From IMG/VR virus record IMGVR_UViG_3300044724_000190, positions 1 to 27,555 of that record: 27,555 nucleotides of DNA. One strand, given 5' to 3'. Of this stretch, positions 1-9,040 are shown in pieces. This DNA comes from a virus (lineage: Duplodnaviria > Caudoviricetes). The translations under genes were made by a program, and so were the position numbers. How positions within the stretch are numbered: the stretch's first letter is position 1; every line of letters starts with the position of its first letter. The notes under the pieces were generated by a model. The model searched no databases and had not been told where the DNA came from. It saw only the letters and a program-made list of their open reading frames with translations.

Positions 1-41
1 GCACAGACTGCATGGCGAAACCTTGTGCAAGGGGTATTAAT

Positions 42-266
42 ATGGCTTCAACTACCTTTAACGGTCCAGTGACATCCACAAATGGCTTTGTCGGGGACAT
101 CCAAGTTCCAGCATACACAGTTGCAACTGCACCATCAGCTTCAGATGCTGGCGCTGGTACACTTGTTTACGTTTCAGACGGTGCTGCTGGTTCAGCAATC
201 CTAGCGTTCTCTGACGGAACTGATTGGAAGCGTTCAGATACAGGCGCAACCATCGCGGCATCATAG
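42..266 (+). CDS. Small virion-associated protein (74 aa)
   Basis: ATG at 42 after AAGGGG SD; MASTTFNGPV N-terminus typical of small structural genes of marine podoviruses; YTVATAPSAS...YVSDG...AFSDGTDWKR fibre-like motif. Confidence 0.75.
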   Translation: MASTTFNGPVTSTNGFVGDIQVPAYTVATAPSASDAGAGTLVYVSDGAAGSAILAFSDGTDWKRSDTGATIAAS

Positions 267-273
267 GTGACGC

Positions 274-465
274 ATGAGTAGGTTCAAAGCACCAAGCGCA
301 GAAGAGCTTGCACGTCGCGGTATCGGCGTTGAAAAAGTTCGTGCGCGTAACGATGATGGTACGCTCAAAGCAGATGACCCTTCCACACCTGATGTAAATG
401 AGGCATGGGAAGAAAAGCCTGTAAAAAAGAAGCGTGGCCGTCCACCAAAGAAAAAGGATAGCTAA
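274..465 (+). CDS. Small basic protein with C-terminal AT-hook-like motif
   Basis: RARNDDGTLKADDPSTPDVNEAW motif seen in marine phage proteins; C-terminal KKKRGRPPKKK; AGGTG SD; TAATG coupling to next gene. Confidence 0.75.
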   Translation: MSRFKAPSAEELARRGIGVEKVRARNDDGTLKADDPSTPDVNEAWEEKPVKKKRGRPPKKKDS

Positions 466-740
466 TGTCTAATTCAGACGTAAAAGCCAAACGCCTTACA
501 GGAACTGGTGGGGCGTCTGTTGGCCGCGCTAGACTTCGTCAGATACAGGTTCTTACTGGTGCTGGCGCTGGGCGCTTGACATTAACTGATGGAAATGGCG
601 GTTCAACGATTTTGGATCTCGACTTTCTAGCGTCAGACTCTCACTCTGTGAACATCCCAGACAACGGTCTTTTGTTCACAAGTGATATTCACGTTGGAAC
701 GGCGACCAATGTCACTGCCATGACAATCTTCTATAGCTAG
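465..740 (+). CDS. Hypothetical virion structural protein
   Basis: 91-aa beta-rich ORF coupled by TAATG within the structural operon. Confidence 0.75.
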   Translation: MSNSDVKAKRLTGTGGASVGRARLRQIQVLTGAGAGRLTLTDGNGGSTILDLDFLASDSHSVNIPDNGLLFTSDIHVGTATNVTAMTIFYS

Positions 741-748
741 GAGCAAAG

Positions 749-1489
749 ATGGCTCAGATATCTTCAATTAGTAGAGTTGGAACTACTGAGCCATTCGAGC
801 TACAAGTTTCGCGTGGCCAAATACCTTGGCACACGTCGTTGTTCAAATATGGCTACAACAGCAATATCATCAACGTAGAAGAAACCATCTGGGATGTTGG
901 GGGGCTATATGCCTACCCCAGCAGTGCCGTCGCTATGACTGCAACAAGCGCAAGTGGGGCAACCGACTCTGGCGTGACTGGCATCATCTTCGGCCTAGAC
1001 GCAGATTACAACGAAGTCTCAGAGACATTTACACTAGACGGATCTGGGGCATACACAACCACGCAGACATTCTTGCGTGTGTTTAGAGCTTACATAACTG
1101 GATCTTCTGCACCAGCAGGGAACATCACAATCGCCAACGGTGGCACAACATACGCGCAAATCACTGCTGGTGAAAACCAGACGCTGATGGCCGTATATAC
1201 TGTGCCAGCAGGGAAAAGCCTGTATATCAATCAAGGCATAGCTACTCACGGAACAGGCACTTCTGGTGGCGTATTTATGACTGTGCGTTTTTTAGTACGC
1301 AACGAAGGAGAAGTCTTTCGGACAGCCGTGAAGATCGATGTTGCTGAAAGCGAGATCCTTTATCCTTTCGCCCAGCCCCTCAAGATACCAGAAAAGTCTG
1401 ATGTCGAGGTCAGGGCGATTTGTAATAAAAACCAAGCAAACGCCATATCAGCGTCGTTTGATGGTATAATTGTTGAGGAGTCTATCTAA
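749..1489 (+). CDS. Hypothetical virion structural protein
   Basis: 246 aa, AGGAG SD; FKYGYN..ETIWD..GLY and YTVPAGKSLYI motifs common in marine phage structural proteins. Confidence 0.75.
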   Translation: MAQISSISRVGTTEPFELQVSRGQIPWHTSLFKYGYNSNIINVEETIWDVGGLYAYPSSAVAMTATSASGATDSGVTGIIFGLDADYNEVSETFTLDGSGAYTTTQTFLRVFRAYITGSSAPAGNITIANGGTTYAQITAGENQTLMAVYTVPAGKSLYINQGIATHGTGTSGGVFMTVRFLVRNEGEVFRTAVKIDVAESEILYPFAQPLKIPEKSDVEVRAICNKNQANAISASFDGIIVEESI

Positions 1490-2169
1490 TGGCTACTTCA
1501 GGAACAGTGGCGTTTCGACCAAATGTTGAAGAGATTATTACTGAAGCATTTGAACGCTGCAATATAGATCCGCAAACCCAGACAGGCGATAGGGCTGTAT
1601 CAGCGCGTCGTAGCCTCAACCTACTCTTCTCTGAGTGGGCAAACAGGGGGATCAACTACTGGGCGGTCCAAGAGCAAACACTGCCTCTGGTGAGCGGCAC
1701 AGCGTCTTACACACTTGCAGCAGGGACGATAGACATCATCAGCGCAGTCATCCGCGACAGTGGATCTGGCACAAACTCTGATCAGATCGTCAATCGCATA
1801 TCTATATCGGATTACAACGAGCTTCCAAACAAAAGCTCACAAGGCAAGCCAAGCCAGTACATGCTAGACAAGCAAGACACGCCTGTCGCTTACTTTTGGC
1901 AAGTGCCAGACTCATCAAACTACAGCATGGTCTACTGGGCAATTCGACAGCTTGAAGATGTCACAGCGTCAAACCAAGACGCAGACATCCCATATCGCTG
2001 GAACGAATGTATCTGCGCTGGGTTGGCAAGCAAGTTATCAATGAAGTTCGCACCTGAGAAGTTTTCGATGCTAAACGAGATGTACGAAAGAGCATTTAAC
2101 TTTGCAGCAGCATCAGACAACGACGGTGTCTCTCTGAGGGTTCAGCCGACAGCGCTGAATTTATATTAA
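1489..2169 (+). CDS. Head-tail adaptor / tail tubular protein A-like
   Basis: MATSGT..F..VEEIITEAFERC..ARRSLNLLFSEWANRGIN.W and IPYRW..CICAGLA..L motifs of podovirus adaptor proteins. Confidence 0.7.
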   Translation: MATSGTVAFRPNVEEIITEAFERCNIDPQTQTGDRAVSARRSLNLLFSEWANRGINYWAVQEQTLPLVSGTASYTLAAGTIDIISAVIRDSGSGTNSDQIVNRISISDYNELPNKSSQGKPSQYMLDKQDTPVAYFWQVPDSSNYSMVYWAIRQLEDVTASNQDADIPYRWNECICAGLASKLSMKFAPEKFSMLNEMYERAFNFAAASDNDGVSLRVQPTALNLY

Positions 2170-3134
2170 TGGGCAAATACGCAAGAGGTAAAAGATCCCT
2201 AGCTCTAAGCGATAGAGGCGGTTTAAGAGTCAAATACACTGACCTTAAAACCACTTGGGATGGCTTGCGTGTATCTCCAGAAGACTGGGAGCCAAAGCAC
2301 CCACAGCTTACCCCAGCAAAAAATGTTGTCGATGCCACAGCGCTCTTCAACCCACGTCCAGACAATGACCCAGAAAATGTCACGTTTTTTGTTGGCTACA
2401 ACTACGACATTTTCCTAGATCCACGTCAGCGCCCACCTGTTGGTGTGCCGGGCAAAGGATCTATTGGAGCAATACCAAGATCATCGCTTGAATACGAAAT
2501 AACTGTAACTGGCGTGGCTGGGACAGGCGCTGTTAATGACATCGCGGCGATTGGTACAAATTCTGGATCTGTAGCTGCCACAGGCGCATTGGGTGATTAC
2601 ACACCTGAGTCTGAAACAGATCCAACTGAAGTAACTGGTGTAGCTGGTGACGGTGACACAGGAACAGCAGTTCCAAACATTGTGATTGATGTAGACATCA
2701 CAAACGGTGTGGCTGGTACTGGTGCGATTGGTGATGCTGATACGGCTGTTGCTGTTGTTGGTTTAGGACGCTTTGCTTACACAGGTGCATCCACATTAGA
2801 AACTGAAGCCAAACCAACTGGCGTAGCTGGCACAGGCGCAGTTCAAGCACTTGGCAATGACTCACCAATTGCTCTGATCGAAGAAACAGGTGTAGCTGGT
2901 ACAGGTGCAGTTCATGTCATTGGTGAATCTGGGAACAGTGAGTTCCGCGTCAATGTAACAGGCGTTGCTGGATTGGCTGCTGTGGGCAACACAGGTGAAG
3001 AAACAGCAGTGTCTGAGATTATCGAAACAGGTCTTGCTGCTACAGGTGCTGTTGGAGATGGAAATGCTGAACAAGTTGCTGTAGGGTTTGGTAACGACTC
3101 TTGGGGTAACGGAACTTGGGGTTACGGTACATGA
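2169..3134 (+). CDS. Virion protein: conserved N-terminal domain plus TGVAGTGAV repeat region
   Basis: N-terminal YARGKRSLALSDR...WEPKHPQL..P..PRPD motif followed by about 8 G/A/T/V-rich repeats and a C-terminal WGNGTWG. Confidence 0.8.
   Translation: MGKYARGKRSLALSDRGGLRVKYTDLKTTWDGLRVSPEDWEPKHPQLTPAKNVVDATALFNPRPDNDPENVTFFVGYNYDIFLDPRQRPPVGVPGKGSIGAIPRSSLEYEITVTGVAGTGAVNDIAAIGTNSGSVAATGALGDYTPESETDPTEVTGVAGDGDTGTAVPNIVIDVDITNGVAGTGAIGDADTAVAVVGLGRFAYTGASTLETEAKPTGVAGTGAVQALGNDSPIALIEETGVAGTGAVHVIGESGNSEFRVNVTGVAGLAAVGNTGEETAVSEIIETGLAATGAVGDGNAEQVAVGFGNDSWGNGTWGYGT
2508..3056 (+). repeat. In-frame imperfect TGVAGTGAV peptide repeats (about 8)
   Basis: TGVAGTGAV x3, SVAATGAL, TGVAGDGDTG, NGVAGTGAI, TGVAGLAAV, TGLAATGAV in the 2169..3134 translation. 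Confidence 0.8.
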
Positions 3135-3757
3135 ATTACACACAGCTAGTAGCTAACATTCAAAACTTCTTGGAAGATGATAGCGCAGAGTTGTCAGCCT
3201 CTATCGATCAGATCATAGCACAGGCTGAAGAGATGATCTATCAGCGCCTACCAAACTTGCCGTGTTTTAGAAAGACGACTTCAGCAAGCCTTGTGCAAGG
3301 CACAGCAGATTACGTTGTCCCAGATGCGCGAATGATCAGACAGGTTTCTGTCATTACCTCTGGATCTGCATCATATCTCAATCACAGAATAGACTCATAC
3401 CTTCGTGACTACTGGCCAAACTCTACAACAGAAGGTGTGCCAGAGATGTATGCGACTAAAACAGCAGCTACTGGTGGCACGACAATTACACTGGCCCCTA
3501 CCCCAGACGCCACGACATCAACTTATCAAGTTGACTACATCGCCCCAGAAACAGGTTTAAGTTCAGGTAACGCAAATACTTGGATTGGAGATAACGCAGA
3601 AAATGTGTTATTAGCAGCGTGTCTCTATGAAGCATCAGCCTTCCTCAAAGCTGGAGAAACACTATCGCTTTATAAGACACAGTTTGACGAAGCAGTGCAA
3701 TTATTTGTACAAGAAATGCAGCGAGACTATGCTGCTGAATATAACGGAGGCTTATAA
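3131..3757 (+). CDS. Second adaptor / tail tubular protein A-like protein
   Basis: Start placed at the ATGA overlap (3131). MNYTQL..IQNFLE...IAQAEEMI, LAPTPD and NTWIGDNAENVLLAACLYEA..FLK motifs of podovirus adaptors. Confidence 0.7.
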   Translation: MNYTQLVANIQNFLEDDSAELSASIDQIIAQAEEMIYQRLPNLPCFRKTTSASLVQGTADYVVPDARMIRQVSVITSGSASYLNHRIDSYLRDYWPNSTTEGVPEMYATKTAATGGTTITLAPTPDATTSTYQVDYIAPETGLSSGNANTWIGDNAENVLLAACLYEASAFLKAGETLSLYKTQFDEAVQLFVQEMQRDYAAEYNGGL

Positions 3758-4203
3758 TGGCTATTACTCAAGCGATGTGTACCAGCTTCAAAGAAGCTCT
3801 TTTAAATAAAGAGATGGATCTTGGATCTGGTGGCGACACAATCAAAATCGCGCTCTACACTTCTAGTGCAACATTGGGCGCATCAACAACTGCATACAGC
3901 ACAACAAACGAAATCACCAATACGTCTGGAACGGCTTACACGGCTGGTGGCTTGGCTCTTACTACCCAAGTTGTAGATACAGATGGCACAACAGCGTATT
4001 TTGATGCAGATGATCCTGAGTGGACATCAGCTTCTTTCACAACGGCTGGTGCTTTGATTTACAATGATACAGTCTATCAAGCAGACAACACTAAAGGCGC
4101 AATTGCAGTCTTGAATTTTGGCGGCGACTTTACAGTGACATCAGGTACGTTTCGAATTGTGTTCCCAGATCCGGGTTCAACTGCTATTGTTCGTATCGAT
4201 TAA
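3757..4203 (+). CDS. Conserved virion structural protein
   Basis: MAITQAMCTSFK..LL...IKIALYTSSATL...YTAGG...GALIYN...VLNFGGD motif of a widespread phage tail-associated family. Confidence 0.8.
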   Translation: MAITQAMCTSFKEALLNKEMDLGSGGDTIKIALYTSSATLGASTTAYSTTNEITNTSGTAYTAGGLALTTQVVDTDGTTAYFDADDPEWTSASFTTAGALIYNDTVYQADNTKGAIAVLNFGGDFTVTSGTFRIVFPDPGSTAIVRID

Positions 4204-4220
4204 TATAAGGAAAAAACAGT

Positions 4221-7200
4221 ATGGCTAGTACCTTTGACAATGACCTTCGCCTCGAAGAAATGGCCACTGGCGAGAACGCTGGCTCTTGGGGTACGAAGAC
4301 TAATACTAACCTTGAATTGATAGCAGATGCTTTCGGCTATGGCACATTCACGATTGCAGATGCTGATACGACACTTACGATGCCAGATGGTTCAGATACA
4401 GACAACGCTCTGCGTTCTTTGTATCTCAAGATAAGCTCTAGTGCAGATCTCACCACAACTAGAACACTTACTCTTGCGCCAAACTCAGTCAGCAAGCTGT
4501 GGTACATTGAAAACAACACAAGCGGTGGCCAGACAATCACAATCAGTCAGGGATCTGGCGCAAACATTAGCATCCTAAATGGCCAAGCAAAGTTGATTGC
4601 GACTGATGGCGCTGGCGCTGGAGCGGCTGTGATTGATGTCACACAGGATTTGGCAATCCCAGACTTGTTTATTGACGACGATCTATCGCTGCAATCTGAT
4701 GGTGCAATCATTAACTTTGGTGCAGATGCTGATGTAAACCTAACGCATGTTGCTGACACAGGTTTGCGTCTTAACGATGCAATGGCTCTACAATTCCGTG
4801 ACAGTGCGTTGTCAATAAGCTCAAGTGCAGATGGTCAGCTTGATATTGATGCGGATACTGAAGTTGAGATTGTTGCGCCTACTGTTGATATTGATGCGTC
4901 TACAGCAATGACAATTGATACAGCAACACTTACCGTAACTGGGAATACTGTTTTAGATGGCGACCTAACCGTGGACACCGACACCCTGTACGTCGATAGC
5001 GCGAATGATCGGGTTGGTGTTGGAACTGCATCACCTCAATATTTGGGTCATTTTGTTGATGGTGACGTTGCCATTGTTGATACAGACACCACCAATAACG
5101 CGGAAAAACAATCCTTGTTATTTGGCGGGGCAGCAGGAGAATCCGCTGGTCTTGCAGCAATCACAGGGTATCGCGGGTCAAACGCCACCTTTGGTGACCT
5201 TATAATAAAAACAGCAAATGCTGGTACGTTAACAGAAGCCATGCGCATTGACTCGTCGCAGCGGGTTTTGATTGGGCATGATTCTTCCGTTGCGCAGGAT
5301 CGTGCTTTGCAGATTGTTGGTGGAACATTTGATACATCTTCTGCGGAATTTGTTCGTTATAGCAACGACACTGGCAGTAGTATTTTGAATCTTACTAAAT
5401 CAAGAAGCTCTACAGTCGGGACGGCAGGGACGATTGTCCAGAATAACGACATCCTTGGTGATATTATATTTACTGGGGATGACGGAACAGACCTAAACTC
5501 ACAAGGTGCAACTATTACTGCGCAAGTGGACGGCACTCCGGGTGCTAACGACATGCCGGGTCGTCTTGTTTTCTCTACAACCGCCGATGGTGCATCCTCC
5601 CCAACCGAGCGTATGCGGATTACGAAGGACGGAAATATCGGAATTGGTGCTGTCTCACCTAGCTCAACCTTTAGAACAAGTATTTATGGAGATGGTTCAA
5701 GCATCATTGGCGGTGTGGAATTTAGAAACGCTGCGGCTGGTGGGGCTACCTTTACGATAGGTCACGCAAGCGCAACCTCACCTTCTGCCACTTTAAATGT
5801 AACTACTGCTGCTAATTTAACTTTTAAAACTGACGACACAGAAGCCTTGCGCATCGACTCGTCACAGCGGGTTTTGATTGGGAATGACAGTTCAGTAGCG
5901 GTTAACAGTTTTGAAAACAAACTACAAGTTACTCATAGTGGATACGCCACAGCCTCTTTGACAGTTTATAGAAATGGGTCAGACGGTGCTGGGTTGAACT
6001 TCGCTCACTCGCGGAGCGGCACAGTTGGAACAAACACAATCCTACAAGATGGTGATGCTTTTGGACATATATACTTCCTTGGCGCAGATGGTACAGACTT
6101 TGCTTCTCGCGGCGCGGCAATTATTTCGAGAGTAGACGGCACCCCCGGGTCTAACGACATGCCCGGACGATTAGAGTTTTATACAACCGCAGACGGCGCA
6201 TCTGATGTTACCGAGCGTATGCGGATTACGAATGGTGGTCGAGTATTAATAGCTACAACGTCAACTGCAGAAACTTCGGCAGTCGCTCAAGTTGGTAGCG
6301 GTTCTCCCGGCCTTACTACGCTAGGAACAACGGTTAATGACAGTGTACACGCCCTTGGTCTTGTGTACGATGTTGTTAACAACGATGCACTAAACTTTTC
6401 TATGGAACGCTTTAGTAGCGGAAGTGACTGGACAACCGCAAATCATCGTATTCAAAGACGTGTTGACTCAACAGATATGGGTTACATTGAGTTTGGAAGT
6501 AACGCCTCTGCTAATATCCTCTTTGGTGAGGCAAATACAGAGTATGGTCGTGTTGATGGTTCAGGACACTTAAATTGGGGTATTGTAGACGCTTCTCCGT
6601 ATGACAACACTGGTTCTGGCGGTATTGCGTTACGACAAGAAGGTATGATCTACAATGCTGCTGATGAATTGACACCCATAGTTACAAACAGAATAGGTGA
6701 TGAGGGTGACATTGTACAGATTCGCACAGGCGGTGTTCGTAGAGGTGCTATCGCCATATTTAATAGTGACCCTCACATTATGGCTGCTAGTGACTATGGC
6801 TTAAAGCTATACGATCAGTCTGGCAATCATATTATTCACCCAACAAACACAACAGGTAACTCTTACAATGCTCAAGTAAATCTGGGCTATAGTGCAAGCC
6901 AATTTAAAGATGGTTATTTTTATGGTGGTTTGTACATTCACGGTGTGGACTCCAATTCTGAGGGCAGCACGTTTTGGACAATTCGTCGCCACAATGACGG
7001 TGGTGGGGGTGGTTTATACCCAACTCTCGTTTCTGGTAAAGCACAAATGGGAGAATTGTATGCGTTTGATGCTTCTAATGGTAATTGGTGTCATTATTCA
7101 TTGAAGAAAGATGATGAGCTTACCGGCGTTGGAATACAACAAATTAGCGGCACTGGTTTAACAATTGTTGCGACAAACAGTGGTGGCACAATTCAGATGT

Positions 7201-7256
7201 CCAATACATCTGGTGATGTATACATAGTAGTGACTGTATATGGAGTGGAGGTATAA
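4221..7256 (+). CDS. Long modular tail fibre protein
   Basis: 1011 aa; N-terminal anchor LRLEEMATGENAGSWGTKTNTNLELI; repeated E(R/A)MRI..G/GIG fibre motifs; duplicated VDGTPG.NDMPGRL.F.TTADGAS..TERMRI module. Confidence 0.9.
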   Translation: MASTFDNDLRLEEMATGENAGSWGTKTNTNLELIADAFGYGTFTIADADTTLTMPDGSDTDNALRSLYLKISSSADLTTTRTLTLAPNSVSKLWYIENNTSGGQTITISQGSGANISILNGQAKLIATDGAGAGAAVIDVTQDLAIPDLFIDDDLSLQSDGAIINFGADADVNLTHVADTGLRLNDAMALQFRDSALSISSSADGQLDIDADTEVEIVAPTVDIDASTAMTIDTATLTVTGNTVLDGDLTVDTDTLYVDSANDRVGVGTASPQYLGHFVDGDVAIVDTDTTNNAEKQSLLFGGAAGESAGLAAITGYRGSNATFGDLIIKTANAGTLTEAMRIDSSQRVLIGHDSSVAQDRALQIVGGTFDTSSAEFVRYSNDTGSSILNLTKSRSSTVGTAGTIVQNNDILGDIIFTGDDGTDLNSQGATITAQVDGTPGANDMPGRLVFSTTADGASSPTERMRITKDGNIGIGAVSPSSTFRTSIYGDGSSIIGGVEFRNAAAGGATFTIGHASATSPSATLNVTTAANLTFKTDDTEALRIDSSQRVLIGNDSSVAVNSFENKLQVTHSGYATASLTVYRNGSDGAGLNFAHSRSGTVGTNTILQDGDAFGHIYFLGADGTDFASRGAAIISRVDGTPGSNDMPGRLEFYTTADGASDVTERMRITNGGRVLIATTSTAETSAVAQVGSGSPGLTTLGTTVNDSVHALGLVYDVVNNDALNFSMERFSSGSDWTTANHRIQRRVDSTDMGYIEFGSNASANILFGEANTEYGRVDGSGHLNWGIVDASPYDNTGSGGIALRQEGMIYNAADELTPIVTNRIGDEGDIVQIRTGGVRRGAIAIFNSDPHIMAASDYGLKLYDQSGNHIIHPTNTTGNSYNAQVNLGYSASQFKDGYFYGGLYIHGVDSNSEGSTFWTIRRHNDGGGGGLYPTLVSGKAQMGELYAFDASNGNWCHYSLKKDDELTGVGIQQISGTGLTIVATNSGGTIQMSNTSGDVYIVVTVYGVEV
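5232..6232 (+). repeat. Duplicated tail-fibre module, 606-nt offset
   Basis: 5232-5281 vs 5838-5887 match 46/50 nt; 5604-5626 and 6210-6232 are identical (ACCGAGCGTATGCGGATTACGAA); both offsets are 606 nt. Confidence 0.9.
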
Positions 7257-7259
7257 ATT

Positions 7260-7532
7260 ATGGCGGTAGTAACTGAAACATTTACGGCAGAAGACATAAA
7301 CGCTGTAGCAAAAGAAAATAGACGTTTTGCTTATACACAAGAATCCGATCCACTATTTATGGAAGTACAAAGAGGTGATGCTACGATGGAAGAGTATCAA
7401 GCAAAAGTACAAGAAATAAAAGATCGTTTTCCCTATGTCACTGAAGATCAACAAAGGGAAGTGACTTACCCAGACCCTGTAGAACCTTCAGAAGATGAAG
7501 ACATAATGTCAACATATGCGGCTAACCCGTAA
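7260..7532 (+). CDS. Putative tail fibre assembly chaperone
   Basis: Directly after the fibre; RRFAY..ESDPLF..QRG....Y.AKVQEIKDRFPY motif of fibre-associated chaperone-like proteins. Confidence 0.65.
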   Translation: MAVVTETFTAEDINAVAKENRRFAYTQESDPLFMEVQRGDATMEEYQAKVQEIKDRFPYVTEDQQREVTYPDPVEPSEDEDIMSTYAANP

Positions 7533-7553
7533 CCAGCACAGGAGAAATAAACA

Positions 7554-7925
7554 ATGGCTGTTACACACACTTGGTCAGTAAGTGACCAACTTCAAACCAG
7601 AACACAGGATGGACTTGATGAAGTCGTATTCTCTGTTGTCTGGAGCCTATCGTCAGAAGAAACTGTAGACGGAACAACATACAGTATTTCATCTGCAAAC
7701 CAAATCAGTTTGAACACTGATAACCTTGACCCTGCGACGTTCACTGCGTTTGCTGACCTGACAAAATCTCAGGTTGTTGGTTGGGCCAAGGCAACTATTG
7801 ACGCCAATGCCGCTGAAGGCGAAGGTGTGACATGCGCCGAGTGGGAAGCAGGGCATAATCGCAATATTGCGAAGCAACAAAACCCGCCCACCGCCGTAGA
7901 AACCGCCCCTTGGGCAACATCGTAA
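7554..7925 (+). CDS. Conserved fibre-associated hypothetical protein
   Basis: AGGAG SD; TW.V...VVFSVVW...FTAFADLT..QVVGW...NPPT....PW motif typical of genes following marine phage fibres. Confidence 0.75.
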   Translation: MAVTHTWSVSDQLQTRTQDGLDEVVFSVVWSLSSEETVDGTTYSISSANQISLNTDNLDPATFTAFADLTKSQVVGWAKATIDANAAEGEGVTCAEWEAGHNRNIAKQQNPPTAVETAPWATS

Positions 7926-7945
7926 CTTAACTTAGGAGACTGACA

Positions 7946-8179
7946 ATGGCTGAGAAAAAAACAACGCCTGTGATCATCGACGACAAAGAATACACTTTTG
8001 AAGACATGACTCCAGAGCAACAGGAAATGGTAGATCACGTTGCTGATTTAGACCGCAAGATTTCAAGTGGCTTGCGCAACATCAGACAAATGGAAGGTGG
8101 TCGCACTTATTGGATCGAAGAGTTAAAGAAATCTTTAGAAGGTACACCTGAAGAAGCTCAAGAGGTAGCGGCTGAGTAA
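7946..8179 (+). CDS. Conserved hypothetical protein (acidic, coiled-coil)
   Basis: AGGAG SD; IDDKEY..EDMT.EQQ.MV.HVADLDRKI motif. Confidence 0.75.
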   Translation: MAEKKTTPVIIDDKEYTFEDMTPEQQEMVDHVADLDRKISSGLRNIRQMEGGRTYWIEELKKSLEGTPEEAQEVAAE

Positions 8180-8415
8180 TGGAAGTAGATATGCTGTGGT
8201 CAGCGGTTCTTACCGCTGCGATGGGACTCATAGGTTGGATTCTTCGTAGTGCGTATGCTGAAGTGCAGCGTATCCAAATTCTGTTAAATAGAACGCGCGA
8301 AGAAATGGCGCGTGACTACATCACAAAAACCGAAGTGCATAGCGATATCAATCGTGTGCTGGATCGGTTAGATCGATTAGACGAAAAGCTAGATCGTCTA
8401 GTTGAGCGAAAATGA
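8179..8415 (+). CDS. Single-TM coiled-coil membrane protein (lysis-associated?)
   Basis: N-terminal hydrophobic helix; C-terminal LDRLDRLDEKLDRL heptads; TAATG coupling. Confidence 0.7.
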   Translation: MEVDMLWSAVLTAAMGLIGWILRSAYAEVQRIQILLNRTREEMARDYITKTEVHSDINRVLDRLDRLDEKLDRLVERK

Positions 8416-8573
8416 TTTGTACTCTGGTCCTAGTTGCTTGGGGCCAGAGTTTCCAACTTGGCTTCTACAAAGCCTGTTTCTACGACTGTGGATCTAGGCG
8501 CTTCGGATATTATGATAGGGTCTACCGTGTGAGTCCCGACTACGTTTGTCCAGTGAGGTTGGAGTTGGCCTGA
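8412..8573 (+). CDS. 53-aa Cys-rich protein (below ORF-track cutoff)
   Basis: MICTLVLVAWGQSFQLGFYKACFYDCGSRRFGYYDRVYRVSPDYVCPVRLELA; ATGA overlap upstream and TGATG overlap downstream fill the gap exactly. Confidence 0.75.
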   Translation: MICTLVLVAWGQSFQLGFYKACFYDCGSRRFGYYDRVYRVSPDYVCPVRLELA

Positions 8574-9040
8574 TGGCGATTTTGGAAACCATTGCCGCTG
8601 CAAACGCAGCATATAGCGTCATCCGCACATGCATCCAGAATGGTCGTGAAGGTGCAGACCTTATGGCGTCTGTAGGAAAATTTCTCACAGCAGAAGAAGA
8701 ATTAAAAGACGCTGTTCAAAAGAAAAAGAACAGCCCCATAACCGCTATTACAGGTGGATCTGAAGGCGACTGGGAAGAGTTCCAGCAACTCGAAAAGCTT
8801 AGAGAACAACGCAAAGAATTAGAGTCTTACATTCGCTTGTACGGAAGACCGGGCCAGTGGGACAGGTGGATTCAGTGGCAAGCTGAAGCACGAAAAGCAC
8901 GGCAAGAAGCCAAAAAAGCAGCGGAAAAAAAACGTGCAGAACAAATTGAGCTTATACAAACTGTTACTGTTATTACTCTTGCTGCAACAGGTGTTGTTCT
9001 GGGTGTTTATTATCTAGGCGTTTATTTGGATCGCTGGTGA
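8573..9040 (+). CDS. Coiled-coil protein with C-terminal TM helix
   Basis: Start at the TGATG overlap (8573), MAILETIAAANAAY...; charged helical middle; hydrophobic C-terminus. Confidence 0.75.
   Translation: MAILETIAAANAAYSVIRTCIQNGREGADLMASVGKFLTAEEELKDAVQKKKNSPITAITGGSEGDWEEFQQLEKLREQRKELESYIRLYGRPGQWDRWIQWQAEARKARQEAKKAAEKKRAEQIELIQTVTVITLAATGVVLGVYYLGVYLDRW

Noticed and set aside
1-30. Possible structured RNA leader (GCACA...TGTGC pairing)
   Set aside because: Truncated by the window edge, with only a 5-bp stem; cannot be supported.
5232-6232. Tail-fibre repeat as a diversity-generating retroelement TR/VR pair
   Set aside because: Both copies are in-frame in one gene, mismatches are not confined to adenines of one copy, and there is no reverse transcriptase in the window.
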